Source: a bacterium (GTDB lineage: Bacteria; Electryoneota; Electryoneia; Electryoneales; Electryoneaceae). Taken from it: 64,000 nucleotides of DNA. Shown here in pieces: positions 25,577 through 36,930 of the stretch. The position numbers were made by a program, and so were the translations under genes. Position 1 is the first letter of the stretch. Each line of letters begins with the position of its first letter. The notes under the pieces are model-generated. The model saw nothing but the letters and a program-made list of their open reading frames with translations, was not told the origin of the DNA and did not search any database. Where the stretch lies: the NCBI GenBank assembly GCA_963675295.2, contig CAXXKJ010000002.1:2144001-2208000 (forward strand), in the 5' to 3' direction.

Positions 25577-27184
25577 TCAGATGAAGAAGATGAAGGTGAC
25601 GATGGCAAACAGTGGCACCAGGATTCCGATCGACCACAACATGTACCCGAAGAAGCTCGGCATCTTGATGTTCTGCTCTTCCGCGATCGACCGCACCATG
25701 AAGTTCGGTGCGTTGCCGATGTAAGTCATCGCTCCGAAGAACACCGCACCCGCCGCAATCGCCCGCAGGACTTCACGGAACACAAATTCGGCCTCATGAT
25801 GCAGGTTGCCGGTCAGGATTCCATTCACCATCGCATCCGACAAGCCCAGCCGTCCCTCCGCGAGGTTAAAGAATGTCAGGTACGTCGGGGCATTATCCAG
25901 GAACGACGACAGCGCACCGGTGATCCAGAAGAACTGTACCGGTTCCTTCGTCGCTTCAATAATGAACGCCAGGTGTCCGGCCATCCCCGCCTTGAGCATC
26001 GCCAGCATCGGAATGATGCACATGAAGATACCCGCGAACAGGTACGCCACTTCCTTGATCGGGAACCAGTTAAACTCGTTGCCCTTGCGCACTTCCTGCT
26101 TCGTCGTCTTGATCGAGAGGAATACCATCAGCAGGATGAACACGTCGCGGACAATTGAGCTCCACGCGATGTGCAGCCCGGCAAACTCCAGCGACCCGAG
26201 TTTTGCGATACCGCTGAACAGGACGGCGCCGATGATTCCAGCGAGGAACAGGAAGTTGTGCGTGCCATGCAGGCTGAGCGGAATCTTCTCGCCTTCATGC
26301 TTGGCCAGCTCCGCCGCGAACTTCTCCTTCTCCTTATTGAACAGGATGGTGTCGAGGACGAAATAAATCAGCAGCAGCGCCACCACCATCACCGCCATGT
26401 GCGGGAACAGGTTGAAGGTCCAGAAGAACGGGACACCGTGCAGGAACCCGAGGAACAGCGGCGGGTCGCCGAGCGGCGTCAAGCTGCCGCCGATGTTCGC
26501 CACCAGGAAGATAAAGAACACGACACTGTGCACCTTGTACTGCCGGTTCTTGTTCGCGCGAAGCAACGGCCGGATCATCACCATCGCCGCGCCAGTCGTT
26601 CCCATCCACGATGCGAGGATCGTCCCGATCAGCAGCAGGATCAGGTTCACCACCGGCCGGCCAACCAGCGATCCCTTCAACAGGATGCCGCCGGAAGCCG
26701 TGAATAGCCCCCATAACAGGATGATAAAGGGTATGTAGTCGGCGATGTAGATGTGCAGGATCTCGTGCAACGCCGCACCTTTGTACGCGATCAGGAACGG
26801 AATCGCAAACAACAGCGCCCAGAAGGCGGAAATCTTCGGGAAATGGTGATGCCACCACACCGGCGCGAACAACGGGAACAGCGCGATCGAGAGCAGAATC
26901 CCCGCGAACGGGATCGCGCTCCACAAAGGCAGCATCGCACCGAGGTCACCATGGCCGCCGCCATGGCCATCGCCGTGCATCTCTTCGGCGGCATGACCGC
27001 CCGCTCCGTGTTCGGCAGTGTCGGCGCCGTGGTCGCCGGTCATTGCTTCATGACCGTCTTCCTGGGCCTGCATGTGGGACTCTTCGCCGTGGGTCGTAGC
27101 GTCTTCGTGGTGGTCCTGGGCAACGGCGAGTGGGGCGAGACAACAAAGTAACAGCACAACGCCAAGCGTCAGCATCCTGCTCAT
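25577..27184 (-). CDS. Putative Na+/H+ antiporter (IT superfamily) with His-rich N-terminal extension
   Basis: Multiple TM segments, ANIGGSLTPLGDPPL, SSFLDNAPTY, YIGNAPNFMV; start MSRMLT at 27184 with GGGAG RBS. Confidence 0.85.
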   Translation of the reverse strand: MSRMLTLGVVLLLCCLAPLAVAQDHHEDATTHGEESHMQAQEDGHEAMTGDHGADTAEHGAGGHAAEEMHGDGHGGGHGDLGAMLPLWSAIPFAGILLSIALFPLFAPVWWHHHFPKISAFWALLFAIPFLIAYKGAALHEILHIYIADYIPFIILLWGLFTASGGILLKGSLVGRPVVNLILLLIGTILASWMGTTGAAMVMIRPLLRANKNRQYKVHSVVFFIFLVANIGGSLTPLGDPPLFLGFLHGVPFFWTFNLFPHMAVMVVALLLIYFVLDTILFNKEKEKFAAELAKHEGEKIPLSLHGTHNFLFLAGIIGAVLFSGIAKLGSLEFAGLHIAWSSIVRDVFILLMVFLSIKTTKQEVRKGNEFNWFPIKEVAYLFAGIFMCIIPMLAMLKAGMAGHLAFIIEATKEPVQFFWITGALSSFLDNAPTYLTFFNLAEGRLGLSDAMVNGILTGNLHHEAEFVFREVLRAIAAGAVFFGAMTYIGNAPNFMVRSIAEEQNIKMPSFFGYMLWSIGILVPLFAIVTFIFFI

Positions 27185-27417
27185 GGCATTCTCCCTGATG
27201 CTGCAATCTTTGTGAAATCCGCCAAAACTTTCGGCGGAATTTGTGAAACCATTCGCGGAAGATACGGGATCTGTTTGAGCACGGCAAGCCGAAGATGAAT
27301 AAGTCTCACGGCAACCCATCAACCGGCAACTCAGCCTTGCATTGCGCGTGTCAGGGTACAACTTGACGAGTCCCCTGATATCCTTGAACAGTTTGACGGC
27401 TGCACGGAGTGAGATCG

Positions 27418-29365
<1,948 letters not shown>

Positions 29366-29367
<2 letters not shown>

Positions 29368-29466
29368 GATGTGAGATACGAGATGTGAGACTATAGAGGA
29401 TGCTGTGTGATGTGCTGTGTGATGTGATGTGCGATGTGCTGTGAGATGTGTGCTATGAGATGTGAG
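29366..29466. repeat. Degenerate short tandem repeat (GTGAGAT/GTGTGAT-like) at the gene 3' end
   Basis: Visible periodic tract starting at the stop codon. Confidence 0.7.
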
Positions 29467-29475
29467 CACTGACAG

Positions 29476-29584
29476 CCACCGCGTAGCGGTGGAACGTGGT
29501 TAGCGTGTGGCTTCAGCCACACGGACGGATGGACGAACTCATGAAGTTGCTGCAAACCACCGCGTAGCGGTGGAGCGAGGTTAG
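29476..29584. repeat. Composite REP-like element (CCACCGCGTAGCGGTGG twice + CGTGTGGCTTCAGCCACACG)
   Basis: Hairpins at 29476-29492, 29504-29523 and 29557-29573; the same unit recurs at 38306-38352. Confidence 0.75.
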
Positions 29585-29617
29585 CCATCTTGCCCGTGTT
29601 GGCTTGCCCAATGCGGG

Positions 29618-29899
29618 TCAACTTCTTTCGGCCCCCGCCTTCCCCTGGTAATCCTCGAGCATTCCTTCCAGCCGCGCACGCAACCGCTCAACATACTCCG
29701 GTATCGCCTCAACGGTCGTCACTTTCAACCCACCCAGGAGCAGCGGACTGTTCTCGTAGGACAGCCGCTCCGGCAGGCTGGTCTTCAGGTCGACAACGAA
29801 CCGGTGCAGATGTGCGAGGTCCGCGCTGGCTGAAATGGTATCCAGTTCGGTTAACGCCGCCTGCAGCCGTTTGATCGTTTTGACGTAGATCGCGCGCAT
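29618..29899 (-). CDS. Hypothetical helical protein
   Basis: ORF with host-like codon use; start uncertain. Confidence 0.45.
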   Translation of the reverse strand: MRAIYVKTIKRLQAALTELDTISASADLAHLHRFVVDLKTSLPERLSYENSPLLLGGLKVTTVEAIPEYVERLRARLEGMLEDYQGKAGAERS

Positions 29900-30279
29900 G
29901 GCTGAAAGATCGTGATTTTCGCCGGGAGATGGAATCGCTTTTCTCTCAGGATTCTGGCACTGAGGTTGGCGAATTCGCTCTCGCTGCATGGTTTGTGCGC
30001 CGTATCACAGAGAGCGCGGGCTTTTCAAGCTATTCTGAAACTGGGTATTACCCGTAAGGGCATACCCCGGACCCGCCGGCTACGTCACCCTCCTCCACGT
30101 ACGGCGGGTTCTTTTTATCTTGCGTATCTTGTCGTGGGTCTCCATCGTGCAGGATCGTGTCCGTCCCCCCGAATACCGGTCATCGAATTCGTGAAATGAA
30201 CCGCAAGGCGGCACCCGTTCTCTTGCAGCGGTTGTGGACTCGGGCTATATTGGCGCATTGTTTTCAAGGGAGGCGACTG

Positions 30280-31434
30280 ATGTCGGAACTGCGAGCCTGG
30301 ATTCGTGCTCAGCGGGAACAAGGGTACGGCACTCTCCACCTGTATCGCGCGTTGGCGTTGGCTGAGGCGGCGGTCAAGGAGGGGATTGGCAAGCTCACGG
30401 TAGTTACAGATGACGGCGGAGCTGACTATCTCCGCGATCAACTGCCGGACGGTGTGGAGATCGAGGTGATCTCCGGATCGTTGACCCAGGAGCAGGAATC
30501 CGCCCGTTTAATCGACATGATGAAGGAATATGTCCCGTCGCGTGTCGATTCCCGGCACCCGCGCCCGTTGGTCTATCTCTGCGGCCACAAGTACGAGGCC
30601 GACTACCAGCGTCGCTTGTGGAAGGCGGGGATCGAGGTCGTGGTGATTGCGGACGAGGGACAGCCGACCTTTGCGGACTACTACGTCATCCCGAAACCGT
30701 ACGGTGGCGAGCTCGGCATCCAGTCGATCAGCGGCTACACGCGGTTCCTGCGTGGTGGCCACTACGCGCCGCTGACCATCCGTGCGATGAAGGGCATTTA
30801 CCAGCATCACGACCACCGCACCTACGCCGAACATTTTTCCATCGCCACCGAAAATCTCGACACCGACAAGTGGTTGCCGGTGATCGGGGAAGCCATCGGC
30901 CAGCTGAAGCCGCCGGTGGACCGGGAGTTCAATCCGTCGATCATGCTGCTGCCGGGCGTGGATTGCCCGTCGGACGAAGAACTGCGCCAGAAGTTGGGCA
31001 ACACCGGCAGTGCGAAGGTGGAAATCGCCGCGGGACGCCGGGACCAGGTCAAGGAGCTGGTCGATACGGACGTACTGTTCGCGGCGGACGGCATCCTCTT
31101 GCAGCAGGCGCTGGCGATTGGGACCGTTCGGGTTGCGTTGCCGCGCCGTGGCGAGGAACACGACCTGATGTACGATCACCTGATTCGTCGTGAGGCGTCG
31201 CCGGTCATGCCGGACCCGATCAGCAACGATTTCAAGGACCGGATGGACGAAATGATGCGTCGAGTCTGTTTCGACGCGTCGTGGCGCCGTGGCCAGAACC
31301 GTATCGGGCAGTACCTCTGCGACGGCATCGGCAGCATCCGCATCATTCGCCAGACCGCGTTCAAGGTGTATGCCACGCCGCAGAATCTGATCCGCTTCTT
31401 CGAGATGGGTGATCCGCTGATTCCGAACCTGTGA
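30280..31434 (+). CDS. PseG/SpsG-like GT-B fold protein (divergent)
   Basis: GGGAGG RBS; N-terminal GYGTLHLYRALALA resembles GxGHxxRxxxLA; LRGGHYAPL; C-terminal LCDGIGSIRI resembles vDGxGaxRi. Confidence 0.6.
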   Translation: MSELRAWIRAQREQGYGTLHLYRALALAEAAVKEGIGKLTVVTDDGGADYLRDQLPDGVEIEVISGSLTQEQESARLIDMMKEYVPSRVDSRHPRPLVYLCGHKYEADYQRRLWKAGIEVVVIADEGQPTFADYYVIPKPYGGELGIQSISGYTRFLRGGHYAPLTIRAMKGIYQHHDHRTYAEHFSIATENLDTDKWLPVIGEAIGQLKPPVDREFNPSIMLLPGVDCPSDEELRQKLGNTGSAKVEIAAGRRDQVKELVDTDVLFAADGILLQQALAIGTVRVALPRRGEEHDLMYDHLIRREASPVMPDPISNDFKDRMDEMMRRVCFDASWRRGQNRIGQYLCDGIGSIRIIRQTAFKVYATPQNLIRFFEMGDPLIPNL

Positions 31435-31536
31435 TGCTCATCCTGAGCTTGATTCTGCGCCCGCGCCGTCTGACGCGGGCGTTTTTACGTCGTATGTTGG
31501 CGTACACTCAACCCGCTTTGATTCAGGAGACGTGAG

Positions 31537-31857
31537 ATGAAGCGTATGTTCGCGGCACTGCTGGTGCTGCTGCTGGTAAGCTTGCCGTTGACGCCCGTAC
31601 TCTCGCAGGAAAGCAGCAAGGAGTACAAGATTGAGACGATGGCCCAGAACGACAACTGGGTGCTGGTCGAAAAACGGGCGCGAATCGGCGCCGGAACGAC
31701 CAACTATTACCTGCACAAGGACAAGATCATCTCCATCGAGCTGCGTTACCCGAGTGAGGTGACGATCACGATGGAAGAGAAGGTCCAGTACAACCTCGAG
31801 TTCGTCAGCAATCTCGTGGCGAGCCAGTTTGTCCGTGACCTGGTCGCGAACCTGTAA
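31537..31857 (+). CDS. Small secreted hypothetical protein
   Basis: AGGAG RBS, signal peptide. Confidence 0.65.
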   Translation: MKRMFAALLVLLLVSLPLTPVLSQESSKEYKIETMAQNDNWVLVEKRARIGAGTTNYYLHKDKIISIELRYPSEVTITMEEKVQYNLEFVSNLVASQFVRDLVANL

Positions 31858-31868
31858 CGGGATCACCG

Positions 31869-32624
31869 ATGGGGGAAACGCCAGACAGAACGCAGGGTAG
31901 CGGCGAACCGGTGGTTGAGCCGGGCACGTTGTATGTCGTTGCGACACCGATCGGCAACCTCGGCGACATCACCGAGCGTGGCCTGCAGGTGCTAGCGGCG
32001 GTGGACCGCATCGCGGCGGAGGATACCCGTCACACCGGACGCCTGCTCGCGCGCTTCGGCATCGACAAGCCGCTGGTCTCGTACCACGAGCATAACGAGC
32101 AGAAAGCCGCGCCGGGGCTGGTGCACGCGCTCAAGGGTGGACAGGCCATCGCGATGGTCAGCGACGCCGGCACGCCGGGTGTATCCGACCCGGGCTACCG
32201 GTTGCTCAGCCTCGCGGCGGAAGAGGGCGTACCGATTGTCCCGATCCCGGGCACCAGTGCGCTTCTGGCGGCGCTGGTCGCCTCTGGTTTGCCGATGGAC
32301 CGGTTCGTCTTCGAGGGCTTCCTGCCGAAGAAAAAAGGCCGCCAGACCCGTCTCGGTGAACTGGCGGATGAGCCGCGCACCTTCGTCCTGTTTGAATCCC
32401 CGCAACGGCTGGCCCGCACCCTGAACGATCTCGCCGAACACCTCGGCGGGGAACGCCGGGCGGTGGTCTGTCGTGAGCTGACCAAATTGCACGAGGAGTT
32501 TGTCCGGGGAACGTTGGCCGAGCTGGGCGACATCTACCGCGACGCTACGGTCAAGGGTGAGATCACGATTGTGGTCGAGGGCGAGTCGCGCCGGGTCCGC
32601 AAGTCCGGACAGGATGAAAACTAG
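31869..32624 (+). CDS. rsmI: 16S rRNA (cytidine1402-2'-O)-methyltransferase
   Basis: LYVVATPIGNLGDIT, AEDTR, VSDAGTPGVSDPG, RELTKLHEE. Confidence 0.95.
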   Translation: MGETPDRTQGSGEPVVEPGTLYVVATPIGNLGDITERGLQVLAAVDRIAAEDTRHTGRLLARFGIDKPLVSYHEHNEQKAAPGLVHALKGGQAIAMVSDAGTPGVSDPGYRLLSLAAEEGVPIVPIPGTSALLAALVASGLPMDRFVFEGFLPKKKGRQTRLGELADEPRTFVLFESPQRLARTLNDLAEHLGGERRAVVCRELTKLHEEFVRGTLAELGDIYRDATVKGEITIVVEGESRRVRKSGQDEN

Positions 32625-32657
32625 AACCTGGTGAAGAGTGAACGGATGGATGCTGGA

Positions 32658-34154
32658 ATGAGACGATTATCCGCTGGATTGATTCTGCTGCTGCTCGCGC
32701 TTGGAATGCTGGCGTGTTCGCAGCAACGTCCCGAGGGGTTGAGTCCGCAGGTGGAGTTCCTCTGGCGGCAACATTCGAACCCGCACGCCGAGGACGCGGC
32801 ACGACGTGCGGCGAGCGAAGCCAGGACCCTGCTTGCAGATCACGACGATGATATCGAGCTCCACTTTTACTATCAGGACCGACTCAGAGACTATGAGGCG
32901 GATTCGCTGGCTCGCGAATACCAGCGGCGGCTGGATCGCGACCCGAATGACGCCGTCAACATTGTGCTCGAGGCGTACCTCCGCAAGAGTGGACCGTACC
33001 TGACGCAGGTCATGCCGGCGGCGCTGGAACGGGATTCAACAACCGCGGAAGTGCTTGCGTTCAGCGCGATTGCGATGATGGGCAGCCGTCCGCCAGATTC
33101 GGTGCGTGCGCTGGAATTAGCGCAACGTGCCACCGAGCTTCATCCGGGCAGCTACCAGGCATGGATCGCTCGCTCGATGGTGGAAAAAAAGTTCGGAAAC
33201 AAGGAAACAGCCTTGGATTACGCCCACACGGCGGCCGATATCAACCCGTGGCATTTCGAGCCCGTGTTGATGGAGGCCGGGCTGATGGACGACCTCGGCG
33301 CAGAATCGCAGGCGACGAAACTGATCGAGGATTTCCACGCGTCCCAGCCGAGCCATGCACCGTCCTACCGCTGGCTTTCCCGCCGCTACGAACAGGCTCA
33401 GGACTGGAAAAAACTGTACGATCTCGAGATGTCGATCTCGCAGTGGTATCCTGAGGACGGGTACGCGTTCGTCTATGCCGCCAACGCCGCACGCAAGCTG
33501 GACGATTTCGGCCTCGTCGTCGCGGCGTACATGAAAGCTGCCGAGTTCGGCTTCTTCGATCTCGAGTATGCCACGATGGACTTCACGCCGGATGAACTGG
33601 ATCAATTCCGCGCGAACGATGGCTACGACAGCATGATCGCTGCGTTCGACGCGGCCCACGCTTCTGCCCGCGACCAACGCGTAGCGGATGCCATCGACCG
33701 GCCGATCAACATCCGGCTGCGCAACTTCAAGGCACGTGATCTGGACGGCAACCCGGTCGACTTGCAGCAGTTTCACGGCAAGATCGTGGTACTCGATTTC
33801 TGGGCGACCCACGAACGCACGCACCCGATCACCGTCGACCGGCTGAAACAACTGCGCCGGCAGTATCCGGATGTCGAGGTCGTCAGTGTCAGCGTGCTGG
33901 AACGTCATGCTCCGGACAAGCTGCTCGAACGTGTCGCGAAAACCGCTGGTGAACAAGGGATCGACTGGCCGGTGTGGGTTGGTGACGAAGAGCTGGCGAA
34001 CCGGATGCGGATCAGTTTCCTGCCGGTGTTCGCCGTGGTTGACGCGGATGGCTACGCCCGCTACCGGGTGCAGGGTTATCACCCGTACATCGACGAAATC
34101 CTCGCGACAATGATCGACGCCGCGAAGGAACCGGTCTACACCCCCGATTCCTGA
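32658..34154 (+). CDS. Lipoprotein with TPR repeats and C-terminal TlpA-like thioredoxin domain lacking CxxC
   Basis: Lipobox MLAC; helical repeats; DLDGNPVDL..FHGKIVVLDFWAT. Confidence 0.75.
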   Translation: MRRLSAGLILLLLALGMLACSQQRPEGLSPQVEFLWRQHSNPHAEDAARRAASEARTLLADHDDDIELHFYYQDRLRDYEADSLAREYQRRLDRDPNDAVNIVLEAYLRKSGPYLTQVMPAALERDSTTAEVLAFSAIAMMGSRPPDSVRALELAQRATELHPGSYQAWIARSMVEKKFGNKETALDYAHTAADINPWHFEPVLMEAGLMDDLGAESQATKLIEDFHASQPSHAPSYRWLSRRYEQAQDWKKLYDLEMSISQWYPEDGYAFVYAANAARKLDDFGLVVAAYMKAAEFGFFDLEYATMDFTPDELDQFRANDGYDSMIAAFDAAHASARDQRVADAIDRPINIRLRNFKARDLDGNPVDLQQFHGKIVVLDFWATHERTHPITVDRLKQLRRQYPDVEVVSVSVLERHAPDKLLERVAKTAGEQGIDWPVWVGDEELANRMRISFLPVFAVVDADGYARYRVQGYHPYIDEILATMIDAAKEPVYTPDS

Positions 34155-34185
34155 TGGCTTGGGCAGGCGCTTGACGTTGGATTCT

Positions 34186-34237
34186 TGATGCCCGCGGGAG
34201 CTTCTGTTCGCTACCGCGGCTTATCCGACGGTGGATA
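34186..34237. repeat. 52-bp dispersed structured repeat, copy 1
   Basis: 48 of 52 positions identical to 56898-56949. Confidence 0.85.
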
Positions 34238-34322
34238 GGACCGTCCCAGCCGTGTTTGTGCCGGTGAGGTTGGTGCCCGTGATTGTCCGTTACGTCTGTA
34301 TGTGACGGCTATCGCGGCTGAA

Positions 34323-34413
34323 CCGCAGCCCGCAGCCCGCAGCCCGCAGCCCACAGCCCACAGCCCACAGCCCACAGCCCACAGCCCACAGCCCACAGCC
34401 CACAGCCCACAGC
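34323..34413. repeat. Heptamer tandem repeat (CCGCAGC)4(CCACAGC)9
   Basis: 13 direct units counted, just past the GH13 stop codon. Confidence 0.95.
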
Positions 34414-34418
34414 CTGTT

Positions 34419-36668
34419 TCAATGCGTCTGGTGATTCTGCCGTGGTTGGAACAGCCGCGCGCTCAGTGGTGGCAGCGTCTCGGTACCGGTGTACGCCCGC
34501 CCCCTTTTGGGATCGGCGAGCACTGTTTGCTCATCCGCCAGTTTGATCCACGCGCCGTCCGGTAGCGTCACATCGGCAGGTTTGCTGTCGCTGAGGTTGA
34601 GCATGAACACCAGCCGGTCGCCGGGTACACGTACCACGTACGCCAGCACCGGCCCGCCGTGTCCCGGCAGACGGTGCAGGTTCGAGTAGCGCGCGACACG
34701 CAGCGCCGGGTGAGTGCGACGCAACTGCGCCAACCCACGCACATAGTCCCGGATCGTCGCGAACGGTTCCAGTTCTGCTTCCGTCCAGTCAATCCAGTTG
34801 GTGTCGTCGTCCCGGTTGTAACTGTCACGGTCGAGCTGGCCGCTTTGCTTGCGTGGTGTTGCCGGCAGCGATTTCGGCACGTGGGGATTGTCGGCGACGA
34901 TCTTTGCACGCAGCCATTCATCGCCCTGATGCAGCATCAGCATCCCACGGCTGGTGAACAGGAAGAAATAGCCGAGGAATGCCCGCCGCAGCAGGTTGGG
35001 CGAGAGCTTCGCCGCCTCGTCCCGTGTCAGCACACTGTCCGGTTTCACCAGACCGGTCGCGATACGCAGAAAGTCGCCGAGGTTGTAGTAATCGTGGCTG
35101 GCGAGGTAGTTCACCGACTGCCATTCATCGTCGAACGGGCCACCGTCATGGGTGACGTGCCCACGCGTGTAGATCATCAACGTGTCGGCGTCCCCGTGCA
35201 GGATCGCGCCGTGCTGGTTGACCGCATCATGCCCGCGTAACCCGTCGCGGAACTTGTCGTTCCAAGCCGACCAGCCACGCACCGCGAAGCGCCGCTTGTC
35301 ATACAGCCCGCCCCACGGTTCCGCGATCAGGTGTACGTTCGGATTTGCCTGACGTACCCGTTCGCTGATTACGTTCAACGTCGAGTCGTCGATCAATCCG
35401 GCGAGGTCGAAACGGAAGCCGTCGAAGCCGTAAACGTTGGTCCAGTGCAGCAGCGAATCGACGATCATCCGTTGCGCCATCGGCCGTTCGGTGGCGAAAT
35501 CGTTCCCGCAGCCGCTGTCGGATTTCAGCTGGCCGTAGCCATCGTGCCGCAGCCAGTACATCGGATCGAGCCGCCGCAGCGGGCTGAGACCGTAGTTGCC
35601 GACATGATTGTAGACGACGTCGAGAATCACCGCCAGCCCACGCTGGTGCAGTGAATCGACCATGCCGCGCACGTCATGGATGATCGCCGGATCGGTGCCG
35701 TTCCACCGAGTGAGCGTGACCGGGTGACGGTAACGCGGTTCCGGCGCGAAGAACTGGACGCTCATGTAGCCCCAGTGATTCATCGCGGTCTCGTTCCACG
35801 CGTTCCCCGGCGTGCCATACGGCGGCTCGCGGTCGTCATATACGTGCAGCGGCAACCACTCAACCGCGTTGAAGCCGAGGTCGCGAACATAGCCCGGGAA
35901 CGATCCGCTGCTCACCCCGCGATACGTGCCCCGCAGCGGCTCCTCGACATTCCGCGCCTTCATCGTGACGTCTTTCAGGTGCGCTTCATAGATCATCAGG
36001 TCGCGCGGCGGGATGCTGACATGCGACATCTGCGGCAGGTCCCGCCATGACGGGTCCGGCACCACCGACAGCATCTTCACCGGCCAGCCCGGCGCTTTCG
36101 CCACCTGCCAGCTGTAGGGGTCACAGAAGACGATATCCCGCTGATCGTCCACGTCGTCCGGCCCTTCGACACGGAAGCCGTACGTCTGCCCGGCCTTGAT
36201 TGCGTCGGAGTCCAGTCTCCAGCAACCTGTATGGTCGTCTAGCGTCATCGCCAGTTCATCGACCGGATGCAACGCCGGATCGTCATGCACCACCAGCCGC
36301 ACCGACCGTGCACGCGGGTGGAACAGCCGAACGGTTGCCGTCTTCTCGTTCCACGTCAGGCCCAGCGGCTCGTTGGTCTTGTAGCGGTTGAGGATGCCTT
36401 CCGGCAGCACCGGCAGGTTGTGCAACCCTTCGACGTGGACGTGCAACTGAAAGCGCATGTCAAACGGCCCGCCGAACAGGGCGACACGTCGGCGTCCCTC
36501 GCGGGTGACACGTACAATCGGCAGATCGGGGTCGAAACGAAACTGCCCGGCTGCGGGTGTATAGGTTGGCGGGTCGGCGAACAGGATCACCACCTTGCGC
36601 TCGTCCTCGAGACTGGCGCGGATCGGGGTGGGGAGTGTTGCGACCGGTGTTTTCGGTGATGGATTCAT
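34419..36668 (-). CDS. GH13 debranching enzyme (pullulanase/isoamylase-like)
   Basis: IYEAHLKD, NHWGY, DVVYNH, DGFRFDL, AEPWG, NYLASHD; start uncertain. Confidence 0.88.
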   Translation of the reverse strand: MNPSPKTPVATLPTPIRASLEDERKVVILFADPPTYTPAAGQFRFDPDLPIVRVTREGRRRVALFGGPFDMRFQLHVHVEGLHNLPVLPEGILNRYKTNEPLGLTWNEKTATVRLFHPRARSVRLVVHDDPALHPVDELAMTLDDHTGCWRLDSDAIKAGQTYGFRVEGPDDVDDQRDIVFCDPYSWQVAKAPGWPVKMLSVVPDPSWRDLPQMSHVSIPPRDLMIYEAHLKDVTMKARNVEEPLRGTYRGVSSGSFPGYVRDLGFNAVEWLPLHVYDDREPPYGTPGNAWNETAMNHWGYMSVQFFAPEPRYRHPVTLTRWNGTDPAIIHDVRGMVDSLHQRGLAVILDVVYNHVGNYGLSPLRRLDPMYWLRHDGYGQLKSDSGCGNDFATERPMAQRMIVDSLLHWTNVYGFDGFRFDLAGLIDDSTLNVISERVRQANPNVHLIAEPWGGLYDKRRFAVRGWSAWNDKFRDGLRGHDAVNQHGAILHGDADTLMIYTRGHVTHDGGPFDDEWQSVNYLASHDYYNLGDFLRIATGLVKPDSVLTRDEAAKLSPNLLRRAFLGYFFLFTSRGMLMLHQGDEWLRAKIVADNPHVPKSLPATPRKQSGQLDRDSYNRDDDTNWIDWTEAELEPFATIRDYVRGLAQLRRTHPALRVARYSNLHRLPGHGGPVLAYVVRVPGDRLVFMLNLSDSKPADVTLPDGAWIKLADEQTVLADPKRGRAYTGTETLPPLSARLFQPRQNHQTH

Positions 36669-36930
36669 CGAGCTCGATCTGTTCACAATCGGGTTTGGGT
36701 GCGCGTGCGAAACCGTGTTGCCCGCAGGCTGGAATGCCTTACGGCTCGCTGGAATTGGCGGATTTTGCCCTTGAACGCCAGTTCGCTCGCCGCTACATTG
36801 CTCGCGCGGTTGGAAGATGCGGGAAGCGACGGCAGTTGACAAGATCCTCGCGGGGGAGAAACCTCTCACCAGCGGCTCGCCGCTCCCATGCCGGCACGAT
36901 AACCCGATGACCCCGGAGTGACACGAACTC

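Noticed and set aside
34211-34565. ORFs with repetitive translations (PQPTAHS..., also 7890-8210 and 37753-38288)
   Set aside because: They are translations of non-coding tandem repeats
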